DNA of 64,000 nucleotides from positions 336,474,001-336,538,000 of the forward strand of contig OZ024742.1 of assembly GCA_964016885.1 (NCBI GenBank). Reading direction: 5' to 3'. Below, in pieces: positions 57,956 through 64,000 of this stretch. Position numbers and translations under genes: made by a program. This DNA is from Eledone cirrhosa (Eukaryota). The stretch's first letter is position 1. Every line of letters starts with the position of its first letter. A model generated the notes under the pieces. That model was not told the DNA's origin, ran no database searches, and saw nothing but the letters and a program-made list of their open reading frames with translations.

Positions 57956-59207
57956 CGTTTTCACTCTAAGCGAGAATGATGAGTGTTGTTTGTGACTGTT
58001 TTTTATTCGGTATCATTAACAGTGAAATGTTCTGTTCGCTGACGTCATACCTGTTTTTCAGCAATCAAACATTCGGCATACATTCTCCGCACAGTCTATC
58101 TCCTTTTAAAGGATCCCTTAGGTAATTGTTATTCATGGGTTTGCACTTGAAAATTTACTCTTCCAGGACAAGATATTTTGGGTGTGTATGGAAAATCAGC
58201 AATCGCCTATGCATACTCGTACATGTCTCACCTCACTACGCCACCGATATTTTCCAATGGAAATACAAAGGCCGATACACCTTGCCACCAGCGTTGTCGC
58301 TACTCACTTTTACCGGTTGCGTTGATTGGAGTAACGTGAAATAAAATGTCTTAATTTAAAGACTCAATGCGCTGTCAGGACCGGAAATCAAACTCACGAA
58401 CTACGAGTGTATGCCCAAACACTTAAGCAATAAGACATTCTCCACGATGCGTTATATATCACACAGCACATCCCAACATATCATCATATACGCACATAAA
58501 AGATATATTTTTGACCCCATACGAATAAGTAGACGATTTGTGGTAGGTAAAATTCCTCCAAGTCACCTGGTCACCTATTCTGGAAGACTATTAGTTGAAC
58601 TGTGACAACCTAGCATAAACACATTCTGATCAAGACACAACGAAATGACTGCTTCTACAATTGCATTAGTTGGTTTGGTGTAGCATTGCATTATCCGTAT
58701 TCCTGTTAGCGCGGGTTGTTGTGGCTGATATCGCTGTTGTTCTTGTTATTGTACCTGCTGTTGTTGCTGTTATTGTTGTTGAACTGTTTCTAGCACTTGT
58801 TCTTGTTGTGCTTCATTCAAACGTTTTAATATAGCATCTTCCCTTATAATTGAATTTTCTAGTTAGTTATGTTCTTAAGTAGGTTATGTCCTGAAACTGG
58901 CCATTTTGAAAAGCTACCATTTGTCTTTGACTGTCCATTTAATTACACTATAAATTCCATATATACTAGTTTGACCACATACATGCATTCCAATATCGTC
59001 ACAAAAAGGAAATGAATATCGATCCACTCATGTGTGTGTGTGTATATATATATATTTAAATTGTTGATAGATTTACCTTTCTTGTTATTCAAGTAGAACT
59101 TATTTCCCATTCCATGTTGAAATGTTATATCTGTATCCCTGTAGCATACTGAACATATAAAAGCTAGCCAAGAGAAGTCACTATGGCTGTCCTATAGTAA
59201 TTATATG

Positions 59208-59412
59208 TACGACGATGGCTGAAAAGTTCATAGGTGACCAAGATACTCTCATGGAATGACCAAATGAGGGTTATTTTTCAACATAGTCCCTGGAAAAAAA
59301 AAAAAACAATGCAGTTATTAATAAAAAGAGCTGAAATTAATACATGCACGATTCCACAGTCTAGCATCATTCCTTCATAATTAGCCTATGAACTTTTCAT
59401 CCGACTCTTGTA
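59208..59412. mobile_element. Mariner-like MITE
   Basis: TIRs tacgacgatggctgaaaagttcatagg / cctatgaacttttcatccgactcttgta. Confidence 0.6.
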
Positions 59413-59499
59413 TGTCGTCGTGTTAAGTATCATAAGAGATTTTTACCTGTTTCGATTGATTACGACAATCTATTTAAATGACATTTAATCATAATATAA

Positions 59500-59715
59500 T
59501 GATTTCTAGTATAGGCACAAGGCCAGTAATTTGAGGGAGGGGAGAGTCGATTAAATCGACCCCAGTACGTTACTGGTGATTTATTTTATCGACCCCGTAA
59601 GGATGAAAGGCAAAGTTAACCTCGGTAGGATTTGAACTCAGACCGTAAAGGACCGTAACTCTATGCTACAAAGCATGGTGTCTGACTCTCTACCGATACT
59701 GCCAATCCACCGACA
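59500..59715 (-). mobile_element. tRNA-derived SINE, family 1 (most complete copy)
   Basis: Minus strand has A-box-like tggcagtatcggtagag, B-box gagttcaaatcc, and central gcctttcatccttacggggtcgataaaata...accagt. Many partial copies: ~440-545, 13340-13445, 37520-38100, 48460-48790, 54640-55020, 55490-55670, 61610-61850, 63030-63240. Confidence 0.85.
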
Positions 59716-59802
59716 TTTAATCATCATGTAATGACGGGAGGAGTGTGGGACTGTGTCCTGAATATATATTTTTATCCCGTTAGTAAAATAAGTTAGATTA
59801 CT

Positions 59803-60585
59803 TTGAATAAATAATTGTTTCTACTTTAGGCACAAGGCCAGCAATTACTCAGTGCATTACTGGTACTTTATTTTATCGACCCCGTAAGGATGAAAGGCAA
59901 AGTCAACCTCGGCGGGATTTGAACTTTTGAATAAATAATGAATGAATATAACATAATTTATGTACTAAATTTCGTAGCTGTTGATTAAATATAGATATTC
60001 TTAAATATAATTGTTTCTACATTTGGCACAAGGCCAGCAATTACCCAGTGTATTACTGGTACTTTATTTTATCGACCCCGAAAGGATGAAAGGCAAAGTT
60101 AACCTCGGCGGGATTTGAACTTTTGAATAAATAATGAATGAATATAACATAATTTATGTACTAAATTTCGTAGCTGTTGATTAAATATAGATATTCTTAA
60201 ATATAATTGTTTCTACATTTGGCACAAGGCCAGCAATTACCCAGTGTATTACTGGTACTTTATTTTATCGACCCCGTAAGGATGAAAGGCAAAGTCAACC
60301 TCGGCGGGATTTGAACTTTTGAATAAATAATGAATGAATATAACATAATTTATGTACTAAATTTCGTAGCTGTTGATTAAATATAGATATTCTTAAATAT
60401 AATTGTTTCTACATTTGGCACAAGGCCAGCAATTACCCAGTGTATTACTGGTACTTTATTTTATCGACCCCGAAAGGATGAAAGGCAAAGTTAACCTCGG
60501 CGGGATTTGAACTCAGAATAGCAAGGACCGTAACTCTATGCGTCAAAGCATGGCGTCCAACCCTCTACCGATACTGCCAATCCTA
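59803..60585. repeat. 196-bp tandem repeat derived from SINE family 1 (~3.6 units)
   Basis: aattgtttctac recurs at 59813, 60009, 60205 and 60401. Confidence 0.92.
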
Positions 60586-61007
60586 TATAATGATTGCTTA
60601 TTTTAAGATTCACTTCTTTTATTCAAATTTTCAAATTTTCATTACACCGTAATGCAGTTTATATATAATATCGTCTTTTTTAAATGTATCATGGATTACT
60701 TTACTGATTATAGAAGACAGTGTTACAGTCTCTCTTCAATTTCTGTGCGTATAGTCAGTTATGATTTTATTTGACGTATCATATCTATATGTATATATAT
60801 TTGCATATAATATCAATATGCACACTACACATGCTAGCAAAAAACTACCCGGAGGGTGGTTTTCTGCTAGTTTACTTTAACAATTTTAGTTTTCATATTT
60901 TGCCAGTTATTAAACATATGGCTATTTTCTACCTCACGCACGTTCTTATATATTTTTTCTGTACATTAACAATCCTTTTTCTTTTCTTTTTTTGTTCTCT
61001 TCTACAG

Positions 61008-61273
61008 GTGAGCTTCACGTACCATTAGATGTATGTGGAGCTGTGGTTAAACGGGAGTTAGACTTCTGGGAAATCGATGAGTTCGAAATTAAGGCCTGTT
61101 GTTGGCGACACTATAGGAGTTATATTGATAATCAGCGCATCTTGAACGATTTCAACCAAAGTTTACAAAATGAACGATTCAACGTAAACTACGATAATTT
61201 GAAAGGATGGAAAAAATTACAGATGCAAGTATGGTTGATCTTAGATCACCCGCGTACGTCAAGACCAGCGATG
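61008..61273 (+). CDS. Internal exon of a Shaw/Kv3-like voltage-gated potassium channel (C-terminal half of the T1/BTB domain plus T1-S1 linker)
   Basis: Polypyrimidine tract and ctacAG acceptor at 61007; ATG|GTAAG donor at 61273/61274. Translation GELHVPLDVCGAVVKRELDFWEIDEFEIKACCWRHY...QVWLILDHPRTSRPAM contains the H-x5-C-x20-CC zinc motif of non-Shaker T1 domains and the pre-S1 W..L..P.SS-like motif. It resembles the Kv3 pattern GKLHCPADVCG...ELAFWGIDETDVEPCCW. Confidence 0.92.
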
Positions 61274-62332
61274 GTAAGCCCAAACATTGTTGTTGTTATT
61301 GTTGTTTGTTCTGTTTAGTCAAGGAGTGTGTGTGTGGAGGGGTGGGGGCTTCCAAAACTGGAGGAGAGGAATTTATCATTAAATCAAAGATCAGGCACGA
61401 GTGCTGGCAGAATTTTACAGCTTAGTCAGGGTAAGAATTAATGTATCCATAGCCCTTTACAAGGCCTCTCTGACTTTTGCAGGGTATGAGGGAAGTATCA
61501 TGAAACAGTTGACCTGACCCTAGTGCTTGCAAAGGAGCGTATACCGCTAGTCACGCAAGGACCATGTGGTGGTGTTAAATTGAGCAACGAATTAAGTCTA
61601 CCCTACAGTAAATTCATGGCAGGATTTGAACTCGCAAGGAAAAGCTTGATTAAATATCGCAAGCATCGTGTTCAACGTTCTAACGATCCTAACAAGTCTG
61701 ACAGTCCACCACTCAGTACTGTTACTTTACTTTATCGACGAGAAAATGAAAGGTAAAGTTGCTCTAGGCGGGATTTGAACTCAGAGCGTAGAATGCTGAA
61801 AATAGTGCCGCAAGTTATCTATCCGGCCTTCTAATGACTCTGCTAAACTTGCTGCCACGATGTTGTTGCTGTTATTTTTAACCCCAGGCCAAATTATATT
61901 TGACCTGTCCTACGATCAAGAGCATTGGAGCTGTGACCATCCAATCTTGTGGTATATCAAGGATTACACTGGGTAATGTATGTGTTTATAGTAGAAGATA
62001 CTCAATGTGCCATGCAGTGAGACCAAATCCGAAATTATATAGTTGCGAAGCGAACTCCTTAACCACACAGTCATGCCTGCATGTGAATGTGGAAAACATT
62101 TAAGCGTTGACCAAAAGAGATGTAATTCATTTGTTCTAACGTTTTTAAATTTTATTCCAAGCTAGCCGACCCCATGGAAATTCCACGGTTTAATTAGAAA
62201 CAACCACCAAGTACCAAAGATCAGTATGACATTTTGAATGTTTTATTTGTAAACCATATATAAACACTTAAATGATATAATCGTCCGGTGTTTTAAAAAC
62301 ATTCCAGCGTTGCTACTACCACCATTGATCTC

Positions 62333-62365
<33 letters not shown>

Positions 62366-64000
62366 ACGCACTCTCGGCGTTGCAGTTACCATCTCTCTCT
62401 CTCTCTCAATGCTCACACATTTCCCTATGAGATATAGAACAGTGTTAATGTAATAGATGTTTAACGATTTAAAACAATTATGCTATTTAAAATATTTGAA
62501 CGAAAAAGAGATTAGATCTTAAGTGATTTCAGATAAACTGTACACTAGAAACACGGGCTGAATAAAATACATGAAATAAGATTGATATAGTAAAAATTAT
62601 TTTTTAATTGATATCTTAATTAGTGGCTGCATTTCTTACGAATACTCTCTATTTCAATTAATTATTGCAGAAGTTTGGCGGATTTACTAAAATTATTAAT
62701 TATTTCATTACAACGATAATTAATTTAACATGTAATTCATATACAAAATTATGTTGTAAAATTTAAATAGAAATCTTTTAAATTGGGTGGTTTTGTTTCA
62801 TAAAACCAGAGCCGGTTTCGGGTGGATTGGTATAAAAAGATCTAATGTTGTTTTCAGTTAAGTAAAATTTAAATATAATTGTTAAGTATTTTTTTTTTTC
62901 TAAAAAAGGAAAAAAATCAATTCGTCAGATTGAGTCAAGAAAACTATGTTTGCATACATTTTTCTGTTGTTGGCATTGTCTGCCTGTCACCACTCCCAGT
63001 AGAAGCGTCACCGCTTTTCTTGTAACAGGAGACGTCATTTGAACTCAGAATGCACAGATTCGTAACAGATACCACCAAGCATCTCGTTTGACTGATTAAC
63101 AAGGCCACCAATCAACCGCCCATTGACTGGTATTTTATTTATCGACACTGAAAGGCAAAAAGGCAAAGCTGACCTCGGTGAGATTTTGAACTGAGAGTTC
63201 AGAGAGCTGGAAGAAATACCGAGGCCTTTAATCCAACGCGATAACGACTAACACCTCGATTTAAAAATAATAATGAAGCAATAAAAGTTGTGAAAGATGA
63301 GGATATTACAATAGAAATGAAAAGATTCCGTTACTGTTTTTTATTTTATTTTACTTTATTTTTTATTGGTTTCAGTCATTAGACTGCCGCTATACTGAGA
63401 CACTGCCTTAAACGGATTTAATCGACTATGTCGACGCCATTCTATTTTATCACGTCTGGTACATCATTTATTGACGATGAGTGTTCCAATTGTTCCATCA
63501 CTGGAACGGTCTGTTCGTAATATCAACATCCAAGTAACTGAGCATTCCATAGGCCGGCGTACCCTTAACGTAATTCTCAGGGAGATTCAGAGTAGCACTT
63601 TGAGTAATATGTCTCGTCCCTTTAAATTACTCGCATAGTCTATCTGGTGCGCTTTCAGTTTCCGTCTGCCCAGTTTCACACATAAAACTTGGTTTGGCCT
63701 GAGGTTATTATAGTGAATGATACTTGCCCAAGATGTTACGCAGTTAAATCGAAATCGGGACCAAATGAATGCGAAGTAAACTTCTTAACCATTCGGCTGT
63801 GCTGCGTGCTAGCTAATTATTGTGTCAACTTTCAATCCTAGAAATGTCGGAATGTTTCACCACCCTCGCAACGCCCATAAACAAATACCTAACCACAATG
63901 TTACAAAATGCTGAACAATAAACTGTGGTACCTGCTTATGCCTAACTGAAGGACGAGAAATTCAAATTTAAAGATGGACAAACCTTCATATTAAAAGAAA

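Overview
This is AT-rich, microsatellite-saturated eukaryotic DNA. The SINE families and the (TA)n/(CA)n density suggest a cephalopod, probably octopus; this is inferred, not verified. The only host-gene sequence I recognise is one internal exon of a Shaw/Kv3-like voltage-gated K+ channel (61008-61273, +). Almost all long ORFs in the track are microsatellite artefacts. The remainder is mobile DNA: two RTE-clade LINEs (one ending in three C2H2 fingers), a Tx1-like LINE, a Helitron relic, Tc1/mariner-like MITEs, two tRNA-derived SINE families, a 62-bp minisatellite and a 200-N gap followed by about 2.9 kb of (TA)n. The main hidden signal is a set of Penelope-like elements (PLEs). One 5'-truncated coding copy (RT + GIY-YIG, 38930-41389) has inverted pseudo-LTRs. 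More than a dozen short non-coding fold-back derivatives from several families sit in (TA)n tracts. About 16 type-I hammerhead ribozyme motifs can be read by eye, including a compensatory U3-A8 core variant with an enlarged stem II, U4C variants and palindromic stem III (dimer-type) forms. Two mini-elements show circularly permuted, retrozyme-like units of about 320 and about 520 nt. Otherwise unrelated families share a covarying hairpin motif in their 3' tails. All calls come from manual reading; no searches or folding programs were run.
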